64,000 nucleotides of DNA from Eledone cirrhosa (taxonomy: Eukaryota), in contig OZ024743.1 of NCBI GenBank assembly GCA_964016885.1, positions 86,304,001 through 86,368,000 of the forward strand. The letters are read 5' to 3'. The notes under the pieces are model-generated. The model made no database searches. It had not been told where the DNA came from and worked only from the letters and a program-made list of their open reading frames with translations. The position numbers and the translations under genes were made by a program. Positions 1-11,944 of this stretch are shown here, piece by piece. Position 1 is the first letter of the stretch. Every line of letters starts with the position of its first letter.

Positions 1-1195
1 TACTCGGGCATTCGTTTAGAGATATCAGGGCAACAAGAAGCTGACCATCGACCCCATAGTCCTCAGAGCGTTTCACATAATGTCCTGAAGAGCTTGCCAG
101 ACACTTAGCATAGATTTTACCGAAGAAGCTTAACAAGGAGATCCCTCTGTAATTGGAACAATCACTCTTGTCTCTCTTTTTGAAAATTGGGATTATCACT
201 CCTGATTGCCATTGCTTAGGTACCTTTCCAGAGATCCAGGCCACTCGACACACACAAGCCAGCAAGAGTATCCTTCTGTATTTAAGGCTTTTAATATCTC
301 GGGCCGGATTTCATCTTCCCCAGCGGCTTAATCATATTTGTACTCTTTAACTGGTCTTGTGACTTCAGTCTCTAAGATATTAGTCACCGCTCCCAGATGC
401 ACCTCGTGTACCCGAAGGTGCTGTTGTGATCGGATTTAGGAGATCAGCAAAGTATTCTCTTCACCTCGCGAGGATGCACCTCTCTGAAGAAAGGAGAACT
501 CCAGACACGTTCTGGATAGCAGGTGTGGAGGAGGGCTTCTTATTACGAAGTCAGCCGATAGTCTGCCAGACCACTTTATTTATTGATCTGAAGCCGGATC
601 CCTGCTTAATGCCAAAGTTCTCCCATGTCTTAACTTTGAATGCCTTTACTGTCTCTGCTGCGACTTTTCGTGTCTGCTTGTACAGCTTTGTAAGACTCCT
701 TCATGCCATCCGGCGCCACACCAAACCTCTTTTGCCCGCAGCATTTAACAGCTGAAGCAGAAACTGCTGCGCTGAACAATTACCACTCTGACTAACATCC
801 TCAGTTTGCTCAGGGAGTTCTCTGAATTTGGATGCAATAGTATCTGCATACCTGGTCCTGACTTCCTTATCCACCAAAACTTCCCACTTTATCCTGTAGG
901 TCGCTCTGGACCAGCCAGTTTTGTGGGCTTCCTTGAAGTGGCAGATAACTAGATGATGATCAGTTGGCAGCTCAGCCCTTCTCTTAACACGAACATCCAG
1001 CACAGAGTCAAAGTGATCAGATACAATAACAAAATCAATTATTGATCTCTGTCCTTGATTCGCCTTATACCATGTATATTTATGGATGCCTCTGTGCTGC
1101 AAGAAGGTGTTCACAATAGAGAGTCCATTGCCAGGACAGAAGTCTAGTAGGCCCTCTCCATTCGTATTTAGATCGGGGTCGCCATTCCTTCCATA
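1..1195 (-). mobile_element. Degenerate RTE-like LINE fragment (APE endonuclease C-terminus to RT N-terminus, internally deleted)
   Basis: ORF 701-1114 has APE motifs NTFLQH..HKYTW, SIIDFVIVS and TDHHLV. Minus-strand translation near 100-215 gives QSGVIIPIFKK..NYRGISLLS, the RT N-terminus. Broken by frameshifts and stops. Confidence 0.8.
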
Positions 1196-1550
1196 AGCTT
1201 ACACCACCCACAGAGACCTATCTTTCAGCTTAAGCTTCAAGAGGCAAATCCTCCCTATAAACGGGATCCAGTCTGTAACATTTTCTAACAGCGGGGGAGA
1301 GGAGGGGGGGGGGGGTAGTATCTCCACTCCCACCTGTGCAGTCATTTATGACCCCACACCTGAATAGTGGAGTTTCCATCCCCCATACAAATCTATAGTA
1401 TCAGAGCAATGGAACTTTGTTGAGGAAACCCCGACCATATCTAGCTGGTAGCATCTAGCCTCCTACACTAGTTCCAGCTCCTTGCCTGTAAGAGTTGTGA
1501 TGTACTAGGTTCCAACTGTCCAGTAGTATAATATACTAGTGGCAGTAGTG

Positions 1551-1609
<59 letters not shown>
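1551..1609. repeat. (TAA)n microsatellite at the 3' end of Tx1-like copy 1
   Basis: Directly visible. Confidence 0.97.
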
Positions 1610-1610
<1 letters not shown>

Positions 1611-4420
1611 TTTTCTTTATTAACCACAAGGGTTTACATAAAGTAGACATTAAGGACAGTACAGGATAATACAGGACGGTACAAATGGGCATTTCTGCGT
1701 GTAAAAAAACAGAGGATGAAATAAAATAACAAAGAAAAATTCCCCAATAGGGGGGAGACTTCCGAGGGACATTTGTGGAGAAAGCCCATTAAAAGGCCAC
1801 AGTGACCCTGACCACCAGGGCAAGTGCCCTCTCCCAGTTTTCCACCTTTAATTTACAGACACATACTCAGAGTAGGCCCATTCACTCGGGCCATTCTTGC
1901 CTCTCTCACCCATCTTTCAACAAAATGCTGGGAAGAGAGCACTTCCCTCTCTACCCTGATTTTCCTTTTCAAATGAAATTTAAAAAAGTCAATCAGAGCA
2001 TCATCAAAGAGGTAAGTGCTCGTCTTCAGCCCTTTCAAACGTGTCCATCATACTATCTCTTTCGCCATGGCCACCAGACAGATAAAAGCTGCCTGCCCTT
2101 CCCGGCTAAAGGAAGGGGGCGGGGCAATCCTCACGATGGACTCAGCTGATAGCTGGATCTGTCCTACACGCGACAGCAGGTGTAGACATAAACCCACAAG
2201 TCAGCAATGCTCGGACACTGGACGAGTGCGTGCAGGACGGCTTCGTCGCCCTGCGCGCATCTCGGACATGCACGGCTGACGGCACCTCCATGCCTGTAGA
2301 GTTTATCCCGAACTGGCAAAGCTCCTCGGTAGCACTGCCAGGCCAGGGATTTCTGGAAGTTGTCCATAGGCACCGGCCCGAAAGTTCTTCCGAAGAGATT
2401 GGCTAGTTGATTTTCGTCGACGCCTAGAGTTTCCCCAAGTACGTCGTCGCTCTTCCCCTCCACTAATCCTCTATAGAACGCCAAGGTGGAGTTTACACCG
2501 ATCAAATTGCCTGATTGGTCGAGGGCTGTGAGCGCCTGAAGACATTCCAGTCTCCAAGCGCTCCCTCTCGGTTTTCGCTTGACCCAGGACTGCAGCTCCG
2601 TCAAGGAGACGAGATGGGAAAATACGCGTCTAGCAAACGGCGACCACACCTGATCACCGTTGAGGAAGAGGTGGAGATGTCGTAGCCTGAGCGCGTGTCT
2701 GCACATCATCAGCCACGGCATGCCCAGCCCTCCACGTAGCGGGTGTTGACAGCAGATGGACTGCCTGACCATCGGAGCGCATCCCATCCACAAAAAGCGA
2801 AAGAGCAAACGCTCCAGCGCAGTCAGGCGGGGCTTAGGACAAGGTACGACGGTCAGGCGGTAGTAGATGACGGACGCAATATACGCGTTAGCCACCTCCG
2901 CTCGACCTTTCAGGGATAGCTTCCTCTCCGCCCATTTCTGGGTGAGAGAAGCCACCCTGCTCGTCACCTCGTCCCAGTTTTTGTCCGTCTGGAGGTCCGG
3001 ACCGAACCAGACCCCTAGCAATTTAACTGGTCCGTCCGTCCAGCGCCCGACGACGCTGTTGGACGGCATGGACCTGCCTCTCCAGGTGCCGAGCTGCAGG
3101 CCCACTGACTTTTCCTGGTTGATCATTGCTCCTGTCACCGCTTCGTATTCTCTTAGTATAGTGCCGATCGCCTCGATGTGTTTGGCGTTCGACACCACTA
3201 CGGTGACATCGTCCGCATATGCTGATACGGATCTTCCGCATCCTAGTTCGCGCGGGACCCCCCTCAACGTCTCCAGTTTGTGCAGTAATGGCTCGAGAGT
3301 CAATACGTACAAGGGGGACGAGAGGGGACATCCTTGGCGGACCGAGCGCATGATGTTGAACGGTTCCGAAAGGTGACCGTTCACTCACCACAGAGCAGAT
3401 GTCGCTGTGCATGGCAGCGATCCAGCCTCTGAAGACGGGCCCAAAGCCAGCCGCCCTCAGGACTACCGTTAGGTAACGATGGTCGACCCTATCGAAGGCT
3501 TTCGACTGATCTAAATTGATCAAAGACCCACCCATGCCAGGTTCCCTAGCTACCCTCTCTACGATGTATCGCATGAGGTGGAGGTTGTCGTGGATGGATC
3601 TGTCGGGAATGGCGCATGTCTGTGCCTCTCCCACCAGACCACCAACGACAAACGCCAACCTCTTTGCTAGCACCTTGGCCAAAATCTTGAACTCTGTGTT
3701 TAGCAGAGTTATGGGCCTACAATTATCTATGTTATCCCCCTTGTTCGGATCCTTTCTCAGCAGCGCCACCGCTCCTCGGCTCACAGAGCTGGGAATTCTC
3801 CCGTTCTGTTGCCAGTTGCAGTAGACGTCCGCCAAGGGGCCTCCGAAGAAGTCTGGCATTTGTACGTAAAGTTCATAGGGCAGACCATCCAAACCAGGCG
3901 GTTTACCCTTTATGCAGCCAGTCATTGACTCCCGTACTTCAGCGGCTGTTATCGGCTTTTCGCAACACTCCGCCTCAGTGGCCAAGAGTCGCGGCAGTCC
4001 GTCGAGGTAGACACCAAAGTTCCTCCCTCGATCCGGCCTGCCGCTGCCCTCGAACAGCTGAGCGAAGTGTCGCTGAAGAGCTTCACACATTTGCCCGGGA
4101 TCGAGTAGCATGCGCCCGTCGTGGTCCACCAAAGACCAAATCGTGTCTTTGTTGCCACGACGCGCCTCCGCCACTCGGGCCCATTAACGGCTTTCGTCCC
4201 CTCGTGTCTGAAAGCACGCACCCTAGCTCTGACAACGCAGCCTTCGTGCTTTGCATTGAAGAATTGGTCAAGAGCCAATTTCGCCGCAAGTACGTCGGTC
4301 GCGATGCCTTTGCTAAGCGCATCGTCTAATTTTCTAACTAGTTCTCCCTCTTCTCTATTTTTCTCTATTGCTAAAGCCTTATTAAACCTAATGGACTCTA
4401 TTCTAATCGCTCTTTTCAGA
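1610..4420 (-). mobile_element. L1/Tx1-like LINE copy 1, 5'-truncated; disrupted ORF2 (RT + C-terminal CCHC) and 3'UTR with AATAAA
   Basis: ORFs 2164-3384, 3023-4174 and 1853-2038 carry RPITLLNTEFKILAK, LDQSKAFDRVDH, VRQGCPLS, AYADD and CPRC..H..C. The end is AATAAAGAAAACA followed by (TTA)n. Near-identical to copies 3 and 4. Confidence 0.92.
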
Positions 4421-4428
4421 AATAATAA

Positions 4429-7147
4429 AAACAACAAACAAGAAAGATCAGAACCTTGGTGGAAGAAACGACTGAATGGTCAAATCAAGGAAATGAGAAA
4501 AGGCATTGGAAAGCTTGATTCCCTACTGAATGGGACATTACAAAACATAGACACTAAAAATAGATTGGAAATAAAGTGCAAAACTAGGGGGACAAAGCTA
4601 AATATCATAGAAGAACTGAAGCAACGCATTGTAGCAAAAAGTGCAAAGATTAGGCGGTATGAGAACAGCAGAGTCAGTCAGTATAGACAAAACCGCATGT
4701 TTGACAACAACCAGAAGGTGTTGTTTGGACAGCTTGAAGGGAAAGAAAGAGGCAACGACTTGATCCCTGAGGCGGAACAGACTAAGACATTCTGGAGAGG
4801 AATATGGGAGCAGGATGTTGAACATAATAGTCAGGCAGTGTGGATTGAGACAGTGCAAAAGGAGATTAGTGAACAAGCACACCAACAAACTGATTTGAGT
4901 ATCACAGTTGAAATTCTTAAAGGGCAGGCCAAAAAGCTAACCAACTGGAAATCATCAGGCCCAGATGGTGTGCAGGGGTATTGGATTAAAAATATAACAT
5001 CCCTCCACCCGAAACTGACAACCATGTTCAATGACTGCTTGATGTCGGGTGAGGTACCAGAGTGGTTGACAAAAGGTTCCACAGTTCTGGTAATGAAAGA
5101 CCGAATCAAGGGTAATGATGTTACCAACTATAGACCTATCACATGTCTGTCCGTAATGTGGAAACTGTTAACAAGCATTGGGTCTGAGGAAATCTACCAT
5201 CACCTCCACATAAACAACTTGTTACCGGACGAACAGAAAGGATGCCGAAAGAAGTACCGTGGTACAAAAGACAAGTTACTTATTGATAAGATGGTAATGA
5301 GGAATTGCAAGAGGAGACACACTGGTCTTGCTATGTGATGGATAGATTACATAAAGGCATTTGACATGGTGCCTCATTCTTGGATAACCAAAAGCCTAGA
5401 GATCTTCAAGGTTGCAGATAACATCAGACAGTTGTTGATCAAAAGTATGAAGTCCTGGAAAACAGAGTTAACATCGGGTGGAGAATCCTTGGGAGGCGTG
5501 AAGATCAAGAGAGGTATCTTCCAGGGAGATAGTTTGTCCCCTCTGTTGTTTGTCCTTGCCCTGATGCCCCTGACCGTTATATTGCGAAAAGTGAGAGCAG
5601 GATACAAGTTGGGAAAAGGAGAGTTACCATCAATCACCTCCTCTTCATGGACGATCTTAAACTCTTTGGGAAGAGTGAGAAGGGGTTGGATGTACTTGTT
5701 GACACTGTCCGTGTTTTCAGCAATGATATATGTATGGAATTTGGTATTAATAAGTGTGGAATCCTAGTGATGAAGAGGGGTAAATTGAGCAGAAACAACG
5801 GAATCCAACTACCAACAGGTGAGATGATAAAGGAAATTGACACCGAAGAGGGATACAAATATTTAGGTGTTCTGGAGGCAGATGACATCAAGAACGAAAA
5901 AGATGAAGGAATTGATAAGATCTGAGTACATAAGGAGAGTAAGGAGCGTATTAAAATCACATCTAAATAATAGGAATGTCATAAGTACAGTAAATTCCCG
6001 AGCTGTGTCTATTATTAGGTACAGTGCGGGAATTCTGAAATGGAATGTTGCTGAACAAAAAGAAATGGATAGGAAACTAGGAAGCTATTGACTATCTACA
6101 TGTTCCACAAGAGGAGTGATGTCGATAGACTCGTTAAAGAGATCTGAAGGTGGAATAGGTCTTATCAGCATAGAGGACTGTGTTCAGATGGAGAAAAACA
6201 ACTTGCACAAATACATGACTGACAGTAGGGAGCCAATGCTCAAAATTATACTGAATGAGAAAACAATAGACCAGGGGATGTCCAAGGAGGAAATAACAAG
6301 GAAGAAAAGCAACCTTCATGAAAAATCCATTCATAGTACCTTCTTTAAGAAAACTGAATTTAGAGATCCACAGACATGGAACTGGTTAAAAGGAGGAGAC
6401 CTTAAAAAGGCTACAGAAGGAATGCTAATGGCTACGCAAGAGCAGGCCCTCAAAACGAAGTGGGTGAAACACCATATTTACAAGGAGGAGGCTAGCCCAC
6501 TGTAGGATCTGTGGAGAGAGAGAGGAGACTGTGGATCACATTGTATCCGGATGTAAACACCTAGTCCAGACTCACTATAAAGGCTGGAGACATGATGTGA
6601 TAGGCAGGGTGATCCACTGGCACCGATGCAAAGTAAACAATTTACCACATTCTGAGAATTAGTATGAGCATAAGCCAGAGTCGGTGATAGAAAACGATCA
6701 GGTGAAGGTGCTGTGGGATTTTAGGATACAGACGGACAAGAAATTAGAACACAATAGGCCTGACCTGGTGGTTTTGGACAAGGAAAAATGATCGTGCCTG
6801 ATTGTAGATGTAGCCTGCCCATTTGACACGAAAGTGCAAGAAAAGGAGAGGGAGAAAATTAACCGATACCAGGATTTAAAGTGGGAGGTAAAAAGGATTT
6901 TGAACTGCCATGAAATCAAGGTCGTCCCGATTGTCATAGGCGCACTAGCTACTATCTCAAAGAGTTTCCAAGGATGGTTAAAGAAGATTAGTCCAGCCCC
7001 GCTTTTTGGAACACTTCACAAGGCATGCTTGCTGGGACCAGCAAGAACCCTCCGATACGTCCTGAATATCTGAGGCTGCGGGTAGCAGCTTGATATTCAT
7101 TTCAACAAACTTTCCAGTTAAATAACATCAATGACTGAGACTCAAAG
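4429..7147 (+). mobile_element. R4/Dong-like RLE non-LTR retrotransposon, 5'-truncated, pseudogenised
   Basis: RT motifs NWKSSGPDGVQGYW, NYRPITCL, IFQGDSLSPLLF and FMDDLKL. CCHC-like ICGEREETVDHIVSGC, then RHD and the RLE motif NRPDLVV..IVDVACP..EK. Ends VVPIVIGALA..RYVLNI* at 7073, with a short 3'UTR running into AATAATAAT. Confidence 0.9.
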
Positions 7148-7159
7148 AATAATAATAAT

Positions 7160-10100
7160 GGTTTCTTTATTGGCCACTATGGCTGACATTAAGAAAAACA
7201 TTACAGACGGCACAGGACGGTACGATGTGGGTTTTGTGCGTGTAAAGATTTTTATTATTTATATAAGAAAAGAAAAAGAAAAAAGACATAGAAACATATA
7301 TATATAAACAATAAAAATGAAAATTGAAACAATGAAAAATTCCCCAATAAGGGGGAAACCTCCGAGGGTTACTTGTGGCGAAAACCACACAAAAGACCAC
7401 GGCCACCCTGACTACCAGGGCAAGCGCCCTCTCTCAATTTTTTCCCATTCCTCAAACTACAAGCGTATATTCAGAGCGGTCCCGTTCACCCGGACCATTC
7501 TCGCTACATTCACCCACCTTTCAACAAACTTGCTAGTAGGCAGCACTTGCCTCTCCACCCTGATTTTCCTCTTCAAGTGAAACTTGAAAAAGTTAATCAG
7601 GGATTCGCCGAAGAGGAAAGTGTCTGTCTTTAACCCTTTCAACCTTGTCCACCACACAATCTCTTTCGCCATGGCCACCAGGCAGATGAAAACCACCTGC
7701 CCTTCCTCCTCGAAGGAAGACGGCGAGACTATCTGCACAATGGACTCAGTCGATAACCGGATCCGTCCTACACGCGACAGCTACTGTTCGACATAGCTCC
7801 ACAAGTCAGCAATGCTCGGGCACTGAACGAGTGCGTGCACGACGGTTTCGTCGCTCTGCGCGCATCTCGGACAGGCTCGGCTGACGGCACTTCCATGCCT
7901 GTAGAGCTTATCTCGAACCGGCAAAGCTCCCCGGTAGCACTTCCAGGCCAGGGATTTCTGAAAGTTCTCCGGAAGAGAGCAAACAGCTGATCGTGCAGGC
8001 AGACATCGCGCCCTGTATTTCACCTGCTGTTAACGGCTTTTCGCAGCACTGCGCTGCGGTCGTCGAGAGCCTCAGCAGTCCGTCAAGGTATGCACCGAAG
8101 TCCATACACCGATCCGGCCCGCCGCCGGTCCCGAACAATTGAGCAAAGTGCTGCCGAAAAGCTTCACACATCTGCTTCGGTTCGAGCAACATGTGCCCGT
8201 TTTGATCACGCAAAGGCCGAATTGTGGCTTTGTTGCCACGTCGCGCCTCCACCACCCGGGCGTGTCTTAGACCACGTGCTCTAACTCTGACAACGTAGCC
8301 TTCATGCTTTGCGTTGAAGAATTGGCCGAGTGCCAATCTCGCCGCAAGCACGTGGGTTTCGATGCCTGTCCTAAACGCCTCTTCTAGCTTTCTAACTAAC
8401 TCTCCCTCTACTCTATTTTCCTCTATCACTACTCCTTTGCTAAACCTAATCGACTCTACTTTAATTGCCCTTTTCAGGACGAACCACTACCTGTGGTTGA
8501 CGACCGCTCCCGTCAACGCCCGCTTAACTAATACGCTAATCTGGTCTCTGTAGGCTTTGCGCGCCGGGAAAGACGCGTTCAGCTTCCAGTAACCGGGCCC
8601 TTGTCTATGAAGTCTGTCTATGTCGATCTCACAGATCACAAATTTGTGGTCTATGTAGTCGACTATTTTAAATTGTGGACAACTTATACTAGCCTTATCT
8701 AGTTCTCTGCAGAATACCCTATCGATATACTATCTGGATGACCCGATGCGGTTTGTCCATGTCCACATTGGCACATTCGGGTGATCCAGTCGATACCTGT
8801 CAGACAGTTCAAAACGTCTGAGCAGGTTGGTGAGGATCTTGCACTCTCCTCCCCTATCCACTAGCCCCACACAATCCCAGCGTGCATCCAATATACCGTT
8901 CCAGTCGCCCACTAACACTAATGAGAGGGACGTTCCAAGAAAGGTCTCTAGACGTCTGAAGAAATCTGGCCGTCCTGCCTCTGTTGGGGCGTAGACGGCT
9001 ACTAGCCTGAAAGCATTGCCTTCGCTGCCGGTCACGTCCAGCACCACCGTTTACCTTCTGAGTCTAGGAAGATGGCCCGTATGGCGAGATCCAAGCCTCT
9101 CCGAAAAAGGACGGCAACCCTCCCCCGATCCTGGACGGCTGGGAGATGCGTATACATCGTAGCCGTCGAAGATCGGTGCGAAGGCTTGTGCTTCGGAGAT
9201 TCTGGTCTTACTGATGGCCACCACATCTATGTTTAGTGACCTGAGGTCGTTGAGCAGGTGACCCTGCTTCCAAGATGACCCCAGACCACATGCATTTATA
9301 CTGCCTATTCTGAGTACGGCCATGTTGGATGAGAAACGGGGCAAGTGAGAAAGGGTCACTTACCTTGATCGTGTGGTGAAGGGACAGTAGAACCGTCCCT
9401 TTCTCTGGTCATGGGTGTTTCCAAGAGGATGTCAGTGTATATCCTCTTGGTAACCGACCCTCTGAAGTCTCCAACTGCGTTGGGGAGTTTTTGTTTTAAA
9501 GGTTTGTACTGTTCTATTGAGATTTCAATGATGCTTATGTTTGTCGGGAGAGTTCTTGGTGTTGGTGGGGTGTAGTAGTTTTTTACTGTGATGTCTGTGT
9601 GCTGCTTTATATATTGTATGAGTTCTTTTTTTGCCATGTTTATGGCTGTGTACATTTTGGGGGGAGGGGTGATTTTGTTGCTGTTTTCTTCTTGTTGCTG
9701 TTTGGTGTGTGCGTTTTGTTTTGTTTGCGTTGTTGGTGTTTTTGGTGATGCTGGTGGTGGTGCGGTTGTTGTTGTCAGTTGTGCTTGTGGTGGTGATGGT
9801 GATGGTGGTGGTGTTGCTGCAAGTTTCCTTGCTGCCTTTACCCCTCTTTGTGTGCCTTCGCTTTTGGAGGGTGAATCTAAGGGGTTTTTGTTTTTGTTTT
9901 TTGTGGCAGACCGTTTGCCACTTCACTCCCGCCTCAAACTCCATGTCGGATTCTGTGGCGTCTGGGAGGGGTATGTGCTCCACGGCTGCTGGTGGTGGTA
10001 GTGGAGCCCTCTTCGGCAATTTTGTTGCTGGTGTAGCTACTTCAAATGTAGCTATTGCTGTTCCCGCCACTGATGCTGCTGCTTTAGTTGTCCGTGGCCT

Positions 10101-11645
10101 TGGTACGGGTGCCACGGACGTTGCCCTCCTACTCACCGTAGAAGGGACTTCTGCGTTTGTTGCCTGCCCTGCTCTTGGTAGCAGCGGCCAGGTATTGGAA
10201 GGAGAGGGCCCTTCTTCGCTGTCTTCTGCGGACAAAAGGCCCTGAGGTGACCCTTCGACCCACAGAGATAACATTTTGGCCGTCTTCCTTCTACGCTTAG
10301 AGGGAGTTGGAGTCCTTCCTCGATGTCTATGATATCGGGGATAGCGTCGATACATTCCTGGTCAGTTTGTATAAGCATTTGCATGCCTATACCTGACCAG
10401 TTCTCTCTCCCTATTTTCTCTACTTGCAGCATGGTCGTCCTGTCCTCGATTCCAGCAAGGACAGACGCGGCTAGCCAAGGTATGGGCACGTTGAGTGGGA
10501 CCTGGGTCACTTTGACCTTCAGTAGGAGAGCACCAAGACTACCTCCTCACTCTTTAGGGTTTCCAAAGAGTGAGACTTTGATTCCGGGGGGGTGGCGAAA
10601 ATTATGTCTACTGTGGCGTACTTTCTGCCTCGGGTGATGTGGGTTTTGCGTGCCCAGACGCACCCCAAGGCCTTTTGGATTTGAACCTCCGTGGCTCTCT
10701 CCACTCGATGTGAGATTTTGCTTACGGTGCGGTAAGTCACCGTCAGTAGCTGCTGGTCCTTGAAAAAATCGGGTGGAGGTTTCAGGGAGACACTATTGGC
10801 GCTTCTTGTCACCATGGCCCTTGCGACTGCCATCTCCTCCTCTGTGACTAACACTGTCTCGATATTTCGGGCGACACCTGCAAAAGAAGTGGTCCCCTTT
10901 TCAGCAGCACCACTACTGCTGCCGCTACTGGTCTTACTGGTGGTGCTGAGATCGCTGTTACAGGTATCGATGTCATTGTTGATGTTTTCGTTGGTACAAT
11001 TGTTGGTGTTGTTGGTGTTGTTTTCGTTGATACTGTTGCTGTTGTTACTGTTATTGTGGCTGTTGTTATTATTGTTGTTTTTGTTGATTCTGTTCCTACT
11101 ATTATTGTTGTTGTGGCTGTTGTTATTGTCATTGTTATTGTCGTTCTCGACCTTACCGCTGTTATTTTTGTTATTGTCATTCTCGACTTTACCGCTGTTA
11201 TTTCTGTTGTTGCTGTTGTTATTGATGGTGTTGTTGTTGGTGTTGTTGTTGGTGTTATTGTTGGTGTTGTTTGTGTTAGAAATATTTGGTAATTTTAAAT
11301 CTGTAACAATCTTCTTTTCCTTTGTAATATTTTCGTTTATATTTACCTCCGCTGGAACGCTGTCTTGTTGACATGCTGATAAAGTCTCCCTCTCTCTGTG
11401 TTGTCTGACAGCGCTCTCTCTGTTTCTTGTGTTATCCATGTTGAAATTTTTTTCAAAAAATATTTTTACACAAATACGACATCCCGTAAAGGGGTGCCGT
11501 ATTATTTACGAGTAAACCCCTGTATTAGGTGGGTCACTTCTAAACTTTTATCAAATTTAAAACTTGAATAAAAGATTTAGAACGGTTGAAAACGAGATAA
11601 AACGTTGAAAAAAAAACTGGAGGCGATAAGAAGCGTGGCTTCACC
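7160..11645 (-). mobile_element. L1/Tx1-like LINE copy 2 (divergent subfamily); 5'UTR + ORF1 + ORF2 with most of RT deleted
   Basis: ORF2 pieces at 7457-9323 (APE: SINACGL, AVYAPT, GDWN; CCHC end), with RT missing at a junction near 7970-8010. ORF1 pieces at 9356-11439 with knuckle CYLCGSKGHLRAFC. Both ends abut TAA/CAA repeats. Confidence 0.9.
9356..11439 (-). pseudogene. ORF1 of Tx1-like copy 2 (Asn-rich N-terminus, conserved core, single CCHC knuckle, Pro/Thr/basic tail), frameshifted
   Basis: ORFs 10519-11439, 10133-10510, 9525-10355 and 9356-9655 join into one protein homologous to ORF 15223-16731. Confidence 0.85.
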
Positions 11646-11660
11646 AACAACAACAGCAAC

Positions 11661-11702
<42 letters not shown>
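11646..11702. repeat. (CAA)/(TAA)n tract between copies 2 and 3
   Basis: Directly visible. Confidence 0.95.
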
Positions 11703-11703
<1 letters not shown>

Positions 11704-11944
11704 TTTTCTTTATTAACCACAAGGGTTCACATAAAGTAGACATTAAGGACAGTACAGGACAATACAGGACGGTACAAATGGGCATTTCTGCGTGTAAAAA
11801 AACAGAGATTGAAATAAAATAACAAAGAAAAATTCCCCAATAGGGGGAGACTTCCAAGGGACATTTGTGGAGAAAGCCCATTAAAAGACCACAGTGGCCC
11901 TGACCACCAGGGCAAGTGCCCTCTCCCAATTTTCCACCTTTAAT

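Noticed and set aside
4121-5338. 405-aa ORF as a novel fusion protein
   Set aside because: Chance read-through from antisense Tx1-like sequence into the 5'-truncated Dong-like RT at ~4420
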